From positions 2,294,001-2,358,000 of the forward strand of contig NC_045730.1 in assembly GCF_009834535.1 (NCBI RefSeq): a stretch of 64,000 nucleotides of DNA, in the 5' to 3' direction. Below are positions 35,650 to 48,519 of this stretch, one piece after another (positions within the stretch are counted from its first letter, which is position 1; each line of letters opens with the position of its first letter). Source of the stretch: Camelus ferus. Its lineage: Eukaryota. A program made the translations under genes and the position numbers. The notes under the pieces are model-generated. The model was not told the DNA's origin and did no database searches. It worked only from the letters and a program-made list of their open reading frames with translations.

Positions 35650-37935
35650 AACTGGAGAACCTCGTACATCCTTAGTAACCATAAACAGAGCTGCAAGAAC
35701 TGAGGCATCGCACGTCACTTACTGAGGCTGGTAAACACCAGGGAGAGCCTCTCTCGCTCGCCAGCCTTACTTGCTGGTCCCTGACGGTCGAGACCAGAAC
35801 ACAGTCAGCGTCTGGTGTGAGAGAGAAAGGCAAGAATGCTGTTGGTGGAATCTGCATCCCAGGGCATCCGGCTCATGGGATTTACGGCCCCAGAACAGAC
35901 CCAGGTCCATATCCTCGCAGGAAGGCCTGCTGCCTATTTATGGCAAACCCACAGCTTCATCTTACAGGCCCCAGAATCTTAGATAACCAGTTATTTATTT
36001 AAGGTTGTATCCCCGCGTCTGTCCTCTGATTTGCACCACAAATATTTGGCCAGACGATGAAAGGCAGTGCTTATGCTGTATCTCAGTGCCCCGGAAACCC
36101 CGTTTATTTCAGCCGAGTCCCGCGGTCCATAACTGCAGTGCAGCGACAGAGAGAGATTCCTTCTTGAAGGGAGAATGAAAAAGCTCTGAATTCGTGTTTT
36201 CATAACTTTCAGTCGGCTTTACTCTGGAAGGAAGCAGTGTGTGACTCAGAGCCGTCAAGTTATTCTTTATATGGCCCAGTTACAAAACAGTCCTTTCTGT
36301 GTTCTCAAGGAAATGATACCAGGTACACGGAGGCCCCGTGTCAAGGTTTAATTCCTAGAACTGAGCTGTCTGGTGATTGAGTTTATGTCAGTGATTTGCC
36401 TTGTGCTTCGAAGCCCAAACCACAGTCACCGCCAGCAGATAAGGGAAGTTAACAAAAAATAAGCAACAAACGGTGTCATTCAATTGTTTGACTTTATGTG
36501 TCCACTGGAAATTGACCACATGGGCGCCCTCCTTCGAGGGAAAGCTCTGTTTTCCTCCTCGCAGGCACTGGGAGAGCATCCTGGGGTGAACACAGAAGAA
36601 ACAAGAGTATTAGAATCATTGAAAGAAAATTATTCCTGCTGGCTTTCAAGGGGACACCAATTCCACTGATTTCCGATTTTGTGAAAATGTGAAGACAGAC
36701 TTTCTCATGTTGACTGTCAGTCTCTTCAGGAAGATCTGACATCCAGGCATGCACTTCCAAGGCCGACTTCCTACCTCAATGTGCTATTTAGTCTTGTATT
36801 TTTCACCCCACGTTAATGAAAGTGCCCACATTTTATTATGTCAGATGTGAATATGTCGGAAGTTAATATGTAACTTCTTTGGCTTCCTCTAGCTTCTACA
36901 TGAAGGGAAATACCTGTGATTTTTTTGGTAGCTTTCTTATGTATTCCAGGTAAAACCCCAGTTTCGTCCCAATCCCCTTGGCACCTGGGGGGTGACGTGA
37001 CGGCGTCCGACTCCTCCTCCACCCAGGTGGCTGCACGCTGAGTCCAAGGAGGGTTCTCAGGCGCCCAGAGCAGCAAGCTGGGGAGATTGTTAATTCTTGT
37101 GGGTTGAAACACTGCCATATTTTTCTTCCCTCCTTGGAGTCTTCAGGTAAACTGCTAAACTCCAGCTGGACTGCTAACACTGCGCTGCGGGTGACTCCCC
37201 ACCCAGACGCTGGGGGAATGACCGCCGGGGCTGCCGGGGCGGCTCTCCGCCCCTGGCTCCTGCTTTGAGTCGGGCGCTCGGCATCGGGGAATCCTGCTCC
37301 TCAGCTTCCAGGGACCTGAGCTAAAGCTGCCGAGGGAATCCTCCTGACGTGCCTCTGTCCACCTGCTGCAGGGACTCCCAGAGCTTGGAAACATGACCCT
37401 AACAGAGAAGTAAGAAGCCCCGGCTTTTTAATCATGGAGAAACCGTTTAGAATTTGTGAGCCTCTGTATGAGTGAAGCCAGGGGACTTTGTTAAACTCTA
37501 AAAGCCCTTTAACTCAAAAACTTTGAACCTGCATTGTTTTTCCCTCTAGATTCTCATGCCCTTCTTACATTCAAGTTCCTAATTTTCCCTCCCAGACCCC
37601 ACCCCCTTCAGCACCTCCCCCCGCACCCCCAGTGCAGGACCAGCTTCCAGACCTGTCCTCCCAGCCTTGGCTGTTCTCCTGGCAGGTCAGCCCCATGGCC
37701 CCGACCGCAGCTCCCCAGCCTGGGTGGAATCACTCTGGAGAGGAATTTATTCTTTCTTGATTTCATTCTGGCCATAGGGAACGAGCCCCCAGCAAAACAC
37801 ACGGAGGAAACAGACACCGTTTTACATAAAACAAATGGAAATCTCTATTTGTGATTATTTTTTCTCCCGTCTTTCATGTCTCCCTGTCGTATGGAATTTT
37901 CTCCAATTGGTGGTACACAAGATTACCATAAAGAT

Positions 37936-38474
37936 CACAGAAAGAATGTCCATCGACAGAGGACTGGATAAAGAAGTTGCGGTATATTTCTACAATGGAA
38001 TATTACTCTGCCATAAAAAAGAATAAAATAATGCCATTTATAGCAACATGGATGGACCTAGTGATTGTCATTCTAAGAGAAGTCAGCCAGAAAGAGAAAG
38101 AAAAATACCATATGATATCACTCATATGTGGAATCTAAAAAAAGAAAAAAAGAGGACACTGATGAACTCATCCAAAACAGAAACAGATCACAGACACAGT
38201 AAATAATCTTATGGTTCCTGGGGAGGAAGGGAGTGGGAAGGGATAAATTTGGGAGTTTGAGATTTGCAAATATTAGCCACTATATATATAAATAGATTTA
38301 AAAGTTTTTTCTTTCTGTAGAACACAGGGGACTATACTCAATATCTTGTAATAACCTTCCATGAAAAAAAATATGAAAATGAATACACATATGTATGTGC
38401 ATGACTGGGACATTGTGCTGTGCACCGGAAATGGATACGTTGTAACTGACTACACTAACAATTTTTTTTAATCA
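37936..38474 (+). mobile_element. camelid-type L1 3' end
   Basis: ORF2 end and 3'UTR (aatgtccatcgacagaggactggataaagaag...gcaacatggatggacctag...ctgtgcaccggaaatgg); possible TSD cataaagat at 37927-37935 and 38475-38483. Confidence 0.92.
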
Positions 38475-38639
38475 CATAAAGATGTAAATCTTTTAAGAGC
38501 CATAAAGAGCAAAATTTAAAAATCAATTAACAATAACTCCATTTCTCCACATCCCTCTTCGTCCTTTACTCTTTCAAGGCTCTTGAAAGTGATAAAATAA
38601 GTGCTCACAGGGGTCACCTAGAGCAATGGGCCCCACTTT

Positions 38640-39095
38640 GCAGGGCTTTAAGCATACATTTTGGGGCCCCTCTTTAAAAACTAAAAAACAAGTAGAAAAT
38701 TAATTTTAAAGTGATTTTTTTTAAATCGGAAGGAGAAAAGAAATTAAACAAATTGCACTTTATATGATAGCATTCAAATATGACAAATGTTAGAAAATTA
38801 ACATAATTTCCTTTCAATTAGCTGCCTCGTATAACTCTGAAACGCTTAGAAACATTTGGTAGCATACTCCATTAGCAGCTATTCAGGCGCAAAGGTTTAT
38901 TGTATCATTTTAACAGGACAAATAGAAGAGTTAGTTTTTCCTCTAGAATGGTTAATAGAATATTTTTAAATCAATTAATTTAGAAGAAGTATCTTTCAGT
39001 TTTACAACTTGCTACTGGCCACGGCATGCTAATCCATGAGAGTTTTGTAAAGTTTGTGAAAACCTCTTATCAAGCTTCTTTCCTACGTAAACTCC
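38640..39095 (-). mobile_element. hAT-Tip100 (Zaphod-like) DNA transposon remnant with transposase dimerisation-domain fossil
   Basis: Minus-strand translation EVFTNFTKLSWISMPWPVASCKTERYFF*IN*FKNILLTILEEKL resembles the hAT C-terminal motif (FPNL...LPVASCEAERSFSKL..IKN..RSTM.EERL); ggggcccc subterminal motif near 38655. Confidence 0.72.
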
Positions 39096-39099
39096 AAGA

Positions 39100-39305
39100 C
39101 TGCGCGCCAGTCATCCAGGAAAGTGCAGAAGCAGCCACGTCGTCGTGGCCGCATGCGGGAAGCCATACACCATCACTTCCACCACGTTCTCTTCACTAGG
39201 AACGAGTTCCTAAGTCCGGCCCACCTTCAAGGGAAGAAGAAATTAGACATCAGCTCTGAGGGGACAAATGTCGAAGAACTTGTGTACATGTTTTAAAACC
39301 ACCGT
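39100..39305 (-). mobile_element. MLT1 (J/K-like) fragment
   Basis: catcacttccaccacgttctcttcactaggaacgagttcctaagtccggcccaccttcaaggg...tgtcgaagaacttgtgtacatgttttaaaaccacc. Confidence 0.75.
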
Positions 39306-40702
39306 GGAGTAGCTGCGGGATTTATGGGCCCACGTAACAGATAAGTCTGTAGGTAGGCAAAGCTTGAGAATGGGTTGGGCAGGAATCTGGCTCCAATTCT
39401 TTGGGTTTCTCTTGGCTTTGCCTAACCCCATGGATCAGCTGTGCCATTCTGGTTTCCCTCATGGTGATGCAATGGCTGCAAAATTCCCGAGAGTTGTGTC
39501 TGAATCCCATACTATTTCCAGAGGACGAGAAAGACCATCTCTCCTAGGGGTCCTAAGTGGGCCTGGGGAAACAGAACTTGCCCAGGGGATGGACTGGTGC
39601 CTCATCACTGCTGGTTAAGCTCCATATACCACTTCTTGAACAAGAAATACACCTCCTGTTGACTCTGTTGTCATTTAGGGGTTCTTATATGGAGGTCAGG
39701 GCATAACTCAAGTCTTAAATGTTAACTTAAAAGTGTAGAAAATTTCACAAGGCTGCACAGCTTGAAGATGCTAATAGCAGACTGCAAGGACAGATATTTC
39801 TGTCTTTTTAGCTTACTGCTGCAATTCCAGGGTCGGCAACTGTGCCTGCCCCGTGGGAGATTCTGTATCATGAGTTGTTGAGACAAGCGATAAAGAGAAT
39901 CAACCAGCTGATAACAGACAGCTTTGTCTGAGAGCAGAAGCAGCATCTTGGGCATCAGCTGTCGCTGGTGGAGGGACGTCAGCCTGCTGGGAGCTGTGAC
40001 CAAGGCAGTGAGGTTTAGTCACTGGGTCTCGTCACCCACGCTGACTCTGTTGGCCCCTCTTCCCACCCCATGTCTCCACCTCCTCCCCCGAGCCCTCTGC
40101 ACCGCCCCCCCCATCTTCCTGGAGCAGCAGCATCAGCGCTTCCTCTTCCGCAACAGAAGGAAGTGAGCGATCGCATGTGTTGGGGACACATCGCCAATTG
40201 CCAAGAAATTCTATTTCTGTCTCCCTTCGTTCATCGGTAGGAAATACAAAAATCTGCAGCAGCTCGTCAGCAGTTCCTGGGCATCACAACCAGTCGTGCT
40301 GGTTGATGAGGTCGTGTTGATTTACTTCTATCTCGTAAATAAGTTCTTGAAATATTTCAGCTAATAGAAATATGCTGCTTGTGAGCGTATCAGTGATTGA
40401 GAAGTGTCTGGGATTCTTTGCACCGTAAATGATATGTTTCCTTCCCATTCTGATTTTTAGTGTCGAGCCCTTGGTTCTAAAGAAAGTGAAGAAATACGGA
40501 AAGTTTGGGAAACACTGAAAGGAAAAGCAGCACATTGCTCAGAAGGGCAGGGAAAGACAAAAAGTAGAATTTTCATCTTTTGATTATTACTGTGGAGCTC
40601 TGATTGCAAACAAGGACATGTCTGATTTCAGAAGTGAAACCCATCCTAGTGTGAGGGTATGACAGTCAAATTCTACTGACAAGGATGAAAAACTCCGTTC
40701 CT

Positions 40703-40963
40703 GGGTGGGAGGGGACAGACTGGGAGCTCGACATTTGTAGATACTGACAGGCATGTGTAGACTAGATAAACAAGATTACACTGTACAGCACAGGGAAATG
40801 TATACAAGATCTTATGGTAACTCACAGCAAAAAAAAATGCAATAATGGATATATGTATGTTCATGTGTAACTGAAAAATTTTGCTCTACACTGGAATTTG
40901 ACACAACATTGTAAAATGATTATAAATCAAAAAAAAAAAAACCAAAAAACCGAAAACCAAAAT
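40703..40963 (+). mobile_element. camelid-type L1 3' end with 12-bp TSD
   Basis: Sense copy of the same subfamily as 849-1300; A-rich tail; TSD aactccgttcct at 40691-40702 and 40964-40975. Confidence 0.93.
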
Positions 40964-42399
40964 AACTCCGTTCCTTTTTCTATATTGTCCTAAATATTAT
41001 ATTCTCAAAAAACAATCTGCTACAGTGAACAGAAAACACGTTTATCCCCGCCCCACCCTTCTGAATTATCTGGGTGAGATAAGTAGACCGTATCGGGACA
41101 TCTAAGCTGGAGAAGACACTCTGGCTCATATTACAAAATCCCGGAGCTTGTGCGAGCTCAGTCCAGGACCTTCTTCCCCAGGACAGCGCGGTCTCAGCGT
41201 CAGACTAGCAGACGAAATGCTGAGCCTCCATTCTGTCTGGAAACTTGTTTGTCTTTCTTCTTAGGAAATGCCAAAATGGTGGTGTTCTGACAAACAGGAG
41301 GCATTTCGGTCCCTAGCAGGACTGCAGTACACACCCGTGGTGTTCATCTTTCTGGTGTAGTAGTTATGAGACGGTACGAGACGGAAGGAATGTGCATTAA
41401 GATCCAGCCATGGGAACGCAAGGCACTCGCTCACCACAGGCTGGGGGCTGTGCCCATGGAGCAGGGAGGGTCCTTCTGAGCACTGAGATGGTCTCCAGAC
41501 CTCCCAAACAAGAAGAGAGACCTGCTCTGTGACCCCACAGTTCCTGTCCTACATCCACTTAATCTCCCCACCCCCAACTGGATGGGAGAGGACCACTGGG
41601 CTTGGGTAGGCTGGGAGAAGCCATGTGTCTCTGAAGTTCAGCGTGGGGAGGATGTTGGGGACATGGAGGAGGGAGCAGCCAGGGATACAGGCCGGCATCT
41701 GATGCTGCCTGGGTGCCGGGCGGCCACACGCTGTCAGCTCCGATCAGCCCCACCAAATCCCAGAAGAGGATCGTGTGGTATCTAAGGTTTCAAATCGGCA
41801 ACTAAATGCTAAATACCATCCTTTTCCTGCACGTGGCTAATATCCTTTGCTTTTTAAAGCATGCCCTTTAAGAAAGTAGCAATTAATTTAAACCTGAATT
41901 CATAAGACAGGTTTCAAATACAGGTTTTCAAGGCAACTTGACATTTTGACTTAGAAAAGGACCATATCTTTCACTGATATTGAAGCCGTTCTGTTTAATG
42001 GGTCTTTTCTACAGCACAAATAAACTGGCTCAAAAGAAGAGGACAGTTTCCCCTGAGCATCCTTTCTGCAGACTTTCCTGCTACATTTTAGAGTATTTCT
42101 TCCTTTTTTTTTTTTTTAAAGAAATAACTGGGTGTGTAGCATCTCCTGAGATATTTGGACTGGTTTCTCCACTTATGTCAGGGCTCACCAAACTGAGGAT
42201 TGACAGGGAGATCTGACATTGAAGTTCACCAAACAAGAATAGCCGGAAAACCAGAGTCGCAAGTAAAACCACTGTCCTCTTGTTCTGTGCTGCTCTCTGC
42301 CTTTGTTCTCAAGCCTTGATTTTAATTAAGGGAGGTGCAGTTGTGGATAATTTCTACATCCGGTATCGGGGACTGTGTTAGTTGTCTCTCATTGCTTAC

Positions 42400-43110
42400 A
42401 AGGCCCCAACACAGCGCTCCCGGCTTTGGTTTTGGGGCGCGCCCTGCGCGTGCCCAGGCTCAGCCGCGGGAAGCGTGGCCTTGCGGGCACCTGCGCCGTT
42501 AGCGCGGATTCTCAGGTCGGTTCGGCCGGGTGAGCGCGTGCTAAGGCCCCAGCCCTGCCCACTCTAAGAGGCCTCCAACCGCCAGCAAAACCTGACTAAT
42601 TATTTTCACGAGAATGGTGCTTTAGATACACGAGTGAACAGGGTTCTAAGTACGGTCCTGTGCTGTAAAACGTAGCGGGAAAAAAGCTGTTTTCAGGAGT
42701 TGGGAGAACATTTTGGAAGAAACCATTAAAAGCGCTTCCCTGTGCTCATTTGTCCAGGGCTGTTTCGGGGTCTGCGCTCCGTGAGAGCAAGGCTGGCCCG
42801 CTCTGCTGACGAGCGAGCGCAGCTCGGCCGTGAACGCCTGCGGGCGCGGCGCCCAGGCCTCGCAGCGGGGAGACCGGCGCCGCCGGCCGCGCGCGGGCCT
42901 CCCAGAGCTGAGCGCCCAGAGGACACGGGTCACTCCCGCGTGTTTGGAGGGCAGCCGAAGCTCACACGGAAGGACAAGGAAGTGTATTTTATCTAAAAAT
43001 GGAACGGGAGGTATGTGGGTGAGGCGGCTTCCTCCAAGGGGCCGTGCGAGCCCCCGGGGACGCCTGCGCAGGGCGTCCTGCCGAAGCCTCGGGCCCCTGG
43101 GCTCCGAGTC
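42400..43110. promoter_or_regulatory. CpG island, probable promoter
   Basis: Dense CG (gcgggcgcggcgcccaggcctcgcagcggggagaccggcgccgccggccgcgcgcgggcc), non-repetitive; followed by aaaaATGg at 42999 and a donor GAG|GTATGT at 43010/43011. Confidence 0.75.
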
Positions 43111-44621
43111 CCGCTGCTTTCCCTGTTTTTTCTAGGTGTGGCTTTTTAGTAGAGTCTGTGACAGTGACCCCAGTGTCACCGCAGCAGCCTCCCTGAGGAA
43201 TGGCCGAACCGCATTCTCCCCGTTTTCCCCCATTCTGTGCACTACAGCCTGATCAATCTTCCTTAAAACTCACTTTCCCCCGTCCCCATGCTCAAACACA
43301 TCCAGCCACTCCGTGTATCCCAAGCATGGGGCCAGCCCCACCTGCCTCTCCGGTCCCCCAGGCACTGGCCCTGGCGCTCAGCGGCCGTTACCCAGGACAG
43401 TCCTGTAGCTGCTCACCTTCCATCTCCTCCTGTCATCCAGGAGGAGCTGGGCAGCTGGAACACCTCCCCAAGATGCTCCCCCAGGTCACACTGGCTCTCA
43501 GGGACCTTCTTAGTCCTGAAACCCACCGTCAGGCAGCCCCGCACCACCTCCCCCTCCTCCGATTGTCCCGCAAACATTGGCCCCACTACCCCCGGGAATG
43601 GTAAACTGGAGGACAAACACCACGGCATTTGGTTTCTGCAGCATCACTGAGAGAAGCGGAAAACAAGCAAATTACCCAACTCAACCCAAACGACAAAAGT
43701 AGGTATTCCTGGAGCGTTTGGTGTGACACTTAGAAATGACACCAAGTCGATCTTTGCCTGATATTCTCAGTAATCTGAAACCAGTTCCAACCAATTCCAA
43801 GGTCAGTACATGGGAGACGACAATCAAATAAAAAAAGAAAACACCACTTTTACAGGCGTGTTTGGGGTCTTTGTGGTTATGTTAATAACGGGCCGTGGCA
43901 GGGAGTTTAGGGACGGAGCTGAGCTCACGGTCAGGCTGGGAGACAAGTTTCACCCCATCTCGTTTATTAAACAGCTGTCAGTAAAGCACAGGGGCAGCGT
44001 GGGGCTTGTCACCACAGCAAAGCGGGAAAAGCATCTCTCTTGTCTTCACATGCTAGGATCAAATGATTAGAGCCATGACACTTAACTCTGCAGAAATCTC
44101 CCTTTATTTTCTGGTGATCAGTCACATTTGGAGGGGTGAACACAAAGTGGCAGGAACTAAACTCCTGTTTTCACAGGGTGGGAGCGGCCTTCTGCTCTGA
44201 GCATCTTTGATGGGGCCAGGTGAGAAGTGTGTGTTCATAGGCCTTCATCTACTGTCTATGATTTTTTAAAGTTTCACCAAAAAACATTAGGGTGGCTTTG
44301 GAAATGAACCACCCACGCATTCCAGGTTGAGAGTGCTTCCTGAGGGGGCTTCCTGCATGGTTTGGATCAGGAAAGATAGTGGGGGGCTGGGAAGGGGAGG
44401 CCCGTGAATGAGGGGGGGTGGGACGTGTCCTTTACTCTGATACGTCTCCTCAGGGGTCATTAGTCAGGGTGGGTGGATTTTATGCACCGAATTGGACTCC
44501 TCTCCACAACCAGCTGAGCTGGCCGGTGAGGATGGCAGGTGCTGGAGGCGGTTGACCAGGGTCAGCAGACTGAGCTCTGCTGCTCCATTGCTGCTAATCC
44601 CCCGTGTGGGAGGCGGGAGGA

Positions 44622-44669
44622 CTCCATTTTGGCCCTGACTCTGTGCTCCGTTTTGGCCCTGACTCCGCC
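44622..44669. repeat. 24-bp tandem duplication
   Basis: ctccattttggccctgactctgtg / ctccgttttggccctgactccgcc. Confidence 0.85.
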
Positions 44670-44744
44670 CCCATGGTCCTGACCCTCATATGCTGGATGT
44701 GTGTGATTCATCGGCTGCCGGGCAAAGGCGTGTGGGTTCATGGC

Positions 44745-45182
44745 CACAAACGAGGAAATGCTGCCATTTGCAACAACATGGATGGACCTGGAGGGCATTA
44801 TGCTGAGTGCAATAAATCAGACAGAGAAAGAAGAATACTGTAGGATACCCTGATACTTTGAATCTAAAAAATACAACAAACTGGTGACTATAACAGAAAA
44901 GAAGTAGACTCTCAGATACGGAGAACAAACTCGTGCTTCCCAGTGGGGAGAGGGAAGGGGGGCAACTTGAGGGAAGGGGAGTCAGAGGTACAAACTATTA
45001 GGTATAAAATAAATAAGCTACGAGGATGCATTGTACGGCACAGGAAACACAGCCAATATTTTATAATAACTATAAATGCACTATAACCTTTAAAAATTGT
45101 GCATCGCTACGTTGTGCACCTGAAACTAACAGAATACATCAGCGTGTGCTGCAGCACACCAACTATGCCTCAGCTGAAAAAA
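44745..45182 (+). mobile_element. L1 3' end (older artiodactyl/L1MA-type)
   Basis: gaggaaatgctgccatttgcaacaacatggatggacctggagggcattatgctgagtgcaataaatcagacagagaaag...gtgcacctgaaactaac...caactatgcctcagctgaaaaaa. Confidence 0.9.
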
Positions 45183-46221
45183 CGAACGCCCTGGCCACGC
45201 ACGTTCAAGGAAACCCTTCTCCTGCTGGGTCGCCTGCGGGACGACTTGAGTCCTCCCCCACCTGCACGCCACTCCCCCCCGCCCACCGACTTCCAGCTCC
45301 CCTTCTGAAGCGTCTAAGCTCAAAAGAACTTGGGCCTTACTCGCCTCTTTTAGGGACCTATTAATGCTTTAAAAGGTTTCTAAACGCGTTATACTGTTTC
45401 TGTCACTTAATTTAAACATTTATTGTTGAGAATGGAAATGAACAAAAATCTCTTAAAAACCAGAAGTTGCTTCCCTTTGCATTTCCATTTCTCTGCCTCG
45501 AGTTCCTCCCCTTCACTGATGGTTCCAACATTCTCGACACCAGTTAACAGCACTCACATCTAAACAGCTCCTCCAGGTCCAGAGAAACAGAGGAAGACCC
45601 TGGGAAAAACGGGCAGAGCCTATAGATAGGACATTCCCGAAGCAAGAATTCCACAAGGCCGGCGAATGCGAAATCTTCCCTCCGTGACGCCAGCAGGACC
45701 CTTACATCTACCAGCCTGGCTTTCCTTTACTTCCCAGCACAGAGCCCCCGTGTTGACACGCCCTCGTGCGCAGCATCTCCAGCCTTCTGAGACTTCCTTC
45801 CAATTATCCGGAGATTTTGGGGCTTCCATGGTCCGAAGGGCCTGGGTCCTGCTTGCAAACATCAGGCAAAGAGGGGGAGAATGGGGTTGATGGGGAGTCA
45901 TGGGGGTGCTGTGCTGAAGGATGTGTGCCCAGGGTGGGAGCCCCCTTCCCGGTCTGGGTGCTTGACTGCTGCCCTCAGGTGCGTGACTCTCGTGGTTCAC
46001 TGTCATTGCTCGACACTGTTGCCTAAAGGGGGCCCCCAGAGTGGCCACCCCAAAGGCTGTTCCAGCTTCGCCCACACCCTCTGTGGGCACCAGACCTCCC
46101 CGTGTCACAATCCATTCACCCCCCTACCCCGTGGACTCTTCCACTATGAACACATTGTCTTCTCTCTGAATCCTGGGTCGGGGGTGCCTCTTCAGTGCTT
46201 GTCTCCTGCAAAATGCACCTG

Positions 46222-46329
46222 CCCCAGGCCACCTGCAGGGCTCTGCACCCCCCCATGTCCTGGGAACACAGAGTCACCCCAGGCCACCTGCAGGGCTCTG
46301 CACCCCCGTGTCCCGGAAACACGGAGTCA
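46222..46329. repeat. about 54-bp tandem duplication
   Basis: ccccaggccacctgcagggctctgcacccc...gtcc(t/c)gg(g/a)aacac(a/g)gagtca occurs twice head to tail. Confidence 0.9.
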
Positions 46330-46409
46330 CAGTGATTTGTGTCTCCCTGCTGACATGATTTTATGAATGTCACCTCACTACACCCCTTATACTAGCTATC
46401 ACAACTAAA

Positions 46410-46860
46410 TGAATTATCACAACAAAAAGATAATTTTTGCCCACAAATCAGCCAAGATTGAAAAGCTCTGGGGAAGTGGATGCCCTCGCATGCTGTTTGT
46501 GGGAGTACAAACTGTCACGACCCTTTTGGATGGCCCCTTTGGCAGCCCAGACACAAATCTTAGCGAGGCAGGCAGACCTTTTGCTTGTCCAGTTCCGCTC
46601 TTGGAATTCATCCTACAGGAAAAGGAGGTCCAAGTCCAGAAAAACTGAAAAGTAAGGATGGCTGTTACAGAAAAGGCAAAAAGGAAATAAAGGCCACTGA
46701 GGGCTGTGGTAGGAGGCTGGTGCGATAAATCCTGTTAGCGCCACGCAGTGCGCTGTTAGGCGCCGATGAAATGATCAGCTCTTCCACATCTGTACTTACG
46801 ACCGACAGTGACATCCAGAGCACAGCGCGGCATGACGGAAGGAGGTGATAGATCTCAGGT
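46410..46860 (+). mobile_element. old L1M (ME-like) ORF2-end/3' fragment, GC-shifted
   Basis: gctgtttgtgggagtacaaactgtcacgacccttttgga...ttccgctcttggaattcatcctacaggaaa...aaggatggctgttacag...ctgtacttacgaccgacagtgacatccag. Confidence 0.65.
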
Positions 46861-47083
46861 AGCAGGTCCCACTGCTTCAAGGAAAACCACACCCACAGAC
46901 CGGACCAGGGAGCAGGAGATGAGGGGGAGGCGAGAGGCCGGGCTGCACTGACAGGGGAGCTGGTCCCCGTCGTGGGACTGGTGGTGGTTCTACTTGTTTA
47001 TGGCTTTCTTTATTGATTTAATATTTTTACCAAAGATTCCTTTTAGTTTCTCGTGGCCACTTGTGTAGTTGCGGTTCCTATAG

Positions 47084-47141
47084 GCTGGCCTCTGGAGAAA
47101 GTTTTATGGACATTTTCAAGCGAATTTCCACGAAACCTGAG
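47084..47141 (+). CDS. candidate internal coding exon (xLASGESFMDIFKRISTKPE), unidentified
   Basis: ttcctatag| acceptor and GAG|GTGGGC donor; 58 nt, phase 2 to phase 0, open; joins in frame to the candidate at 51094. Confidence 0.2.
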
Positions 47142-48519
47142 GTGGGCCTCCCCGTGACCCCATCTCTAAATGAGGCAAAGCGAGCTGGAGTGATTTTCCA
47201 AGTTCATAAAACTCGTGACCCCTGCAGCCGAGATCTGATCTGGCCAGCTTGTCTAACCACAAATTATTCTTCACAATCTAAAAATGGGGTGGCGACAGTA
47301 TGTTTGTATGGGCATACACCTACTTAGAAAGGAGACAAAGCATTCTCTCACCTTCACGAGAGCTGGCTAGCGCTTGTCCTCTTTTTTCATAAAAGGTTGG
47401 AAACAAACAAATGCGACATTAGCAAGGGGTCGCTGGGTTTTTTGCTTTCTGTTTTCCCTCCTACTGGCGGCCAGGCGTACTTCACAGTTAATTTTCTGGT
47501 TATTGAAGATACCTGCAAACTGACAGTCTTTCCTTCCGAGCAATGATCAGCTGATTTATTTTTCTGCTCCGCTGCAAACATGCTCACAGAAGCGGTCCCG
47601 TGAACACATGAGAAAGCAGACTTGCGACCCACAGGACAGCGTGCACAGCGCAGGTGTGCAGCGGCACGTCTGGTGAGGCAGGTGAGGCTGTGCCGAAGGT
47701 GCCGGGGTTCCGTGGGCCCCACAGATCACGCCTGGATGGAGAGCGGTGATGAGCTACACGGCGGGGCCGCACTGGAGTGTTTACTGTGAGAACCAGATAT
47801 TTACTGCGTTTGCAAGGACACAGGAAACATCGGCAGCTGCAGGGAAAGAGTGCTTCCTGCCGCTCCTGGGCTTCCCACCGCTCTGGGGAGGAATCCCGCA
47901 CACACGCGCTCAGATACACACGGATGTGACCTCGTCTTCCTCCCGGGAGTCAGAAGGCCCGCAGCTCCACCCCCACTTACAGTCGGGCTGCACGTGCAGG
48001 ACACACCGTTCTGCTCACAGGGCTACTTCGTGACTGAGCGGGGCTTTAACGCCAGACCCAGCTCCTGCCAGCTCATCAGGGTGAACCCTTCCTGTGGAGT
48101 CAGGATGACCCCAAACTGTGGAGTGAAAACACGGGCAACATGTGCTCAGGGAGGAAGTTAAATGTGAGTTTTTGAGAAATTGTGGAAAGGATTGCACACG
48201 TGGATGCCCTGGTGGGGGTGTCCGTGCAGGGCCACCGGCAAGGATGGACAGACCACCTGAGGAGGAGACCACTTGGGGACCGCACGAGATGCCCCTTCTC
48301 ATCCTCAGATGGTCATGAAATTACTGGGACCTAACAAAGCCTGGGGGACACTTGCCCGGAGACTGGCCATTTGGGAAACTGGGCGTGTCCTGTGGGAAAG
48401 AGGTCCAGAGGTGCACCTGCTGTACGCTAAACTGCAAGATTTGAATCACCAGACGCTGTAGCAAATCGAACCCAAAGCTGTGGAGTTACATATGCATAAA
48501 TAAGTAAACATACATATTT

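Noticed and set aside
35720-36380. Possible further LTR or ERV-internal sequence next to the MER4-group LTR
   Set aside because: No termini, TSD, primer-binding site or gag/pol motif could be identified.
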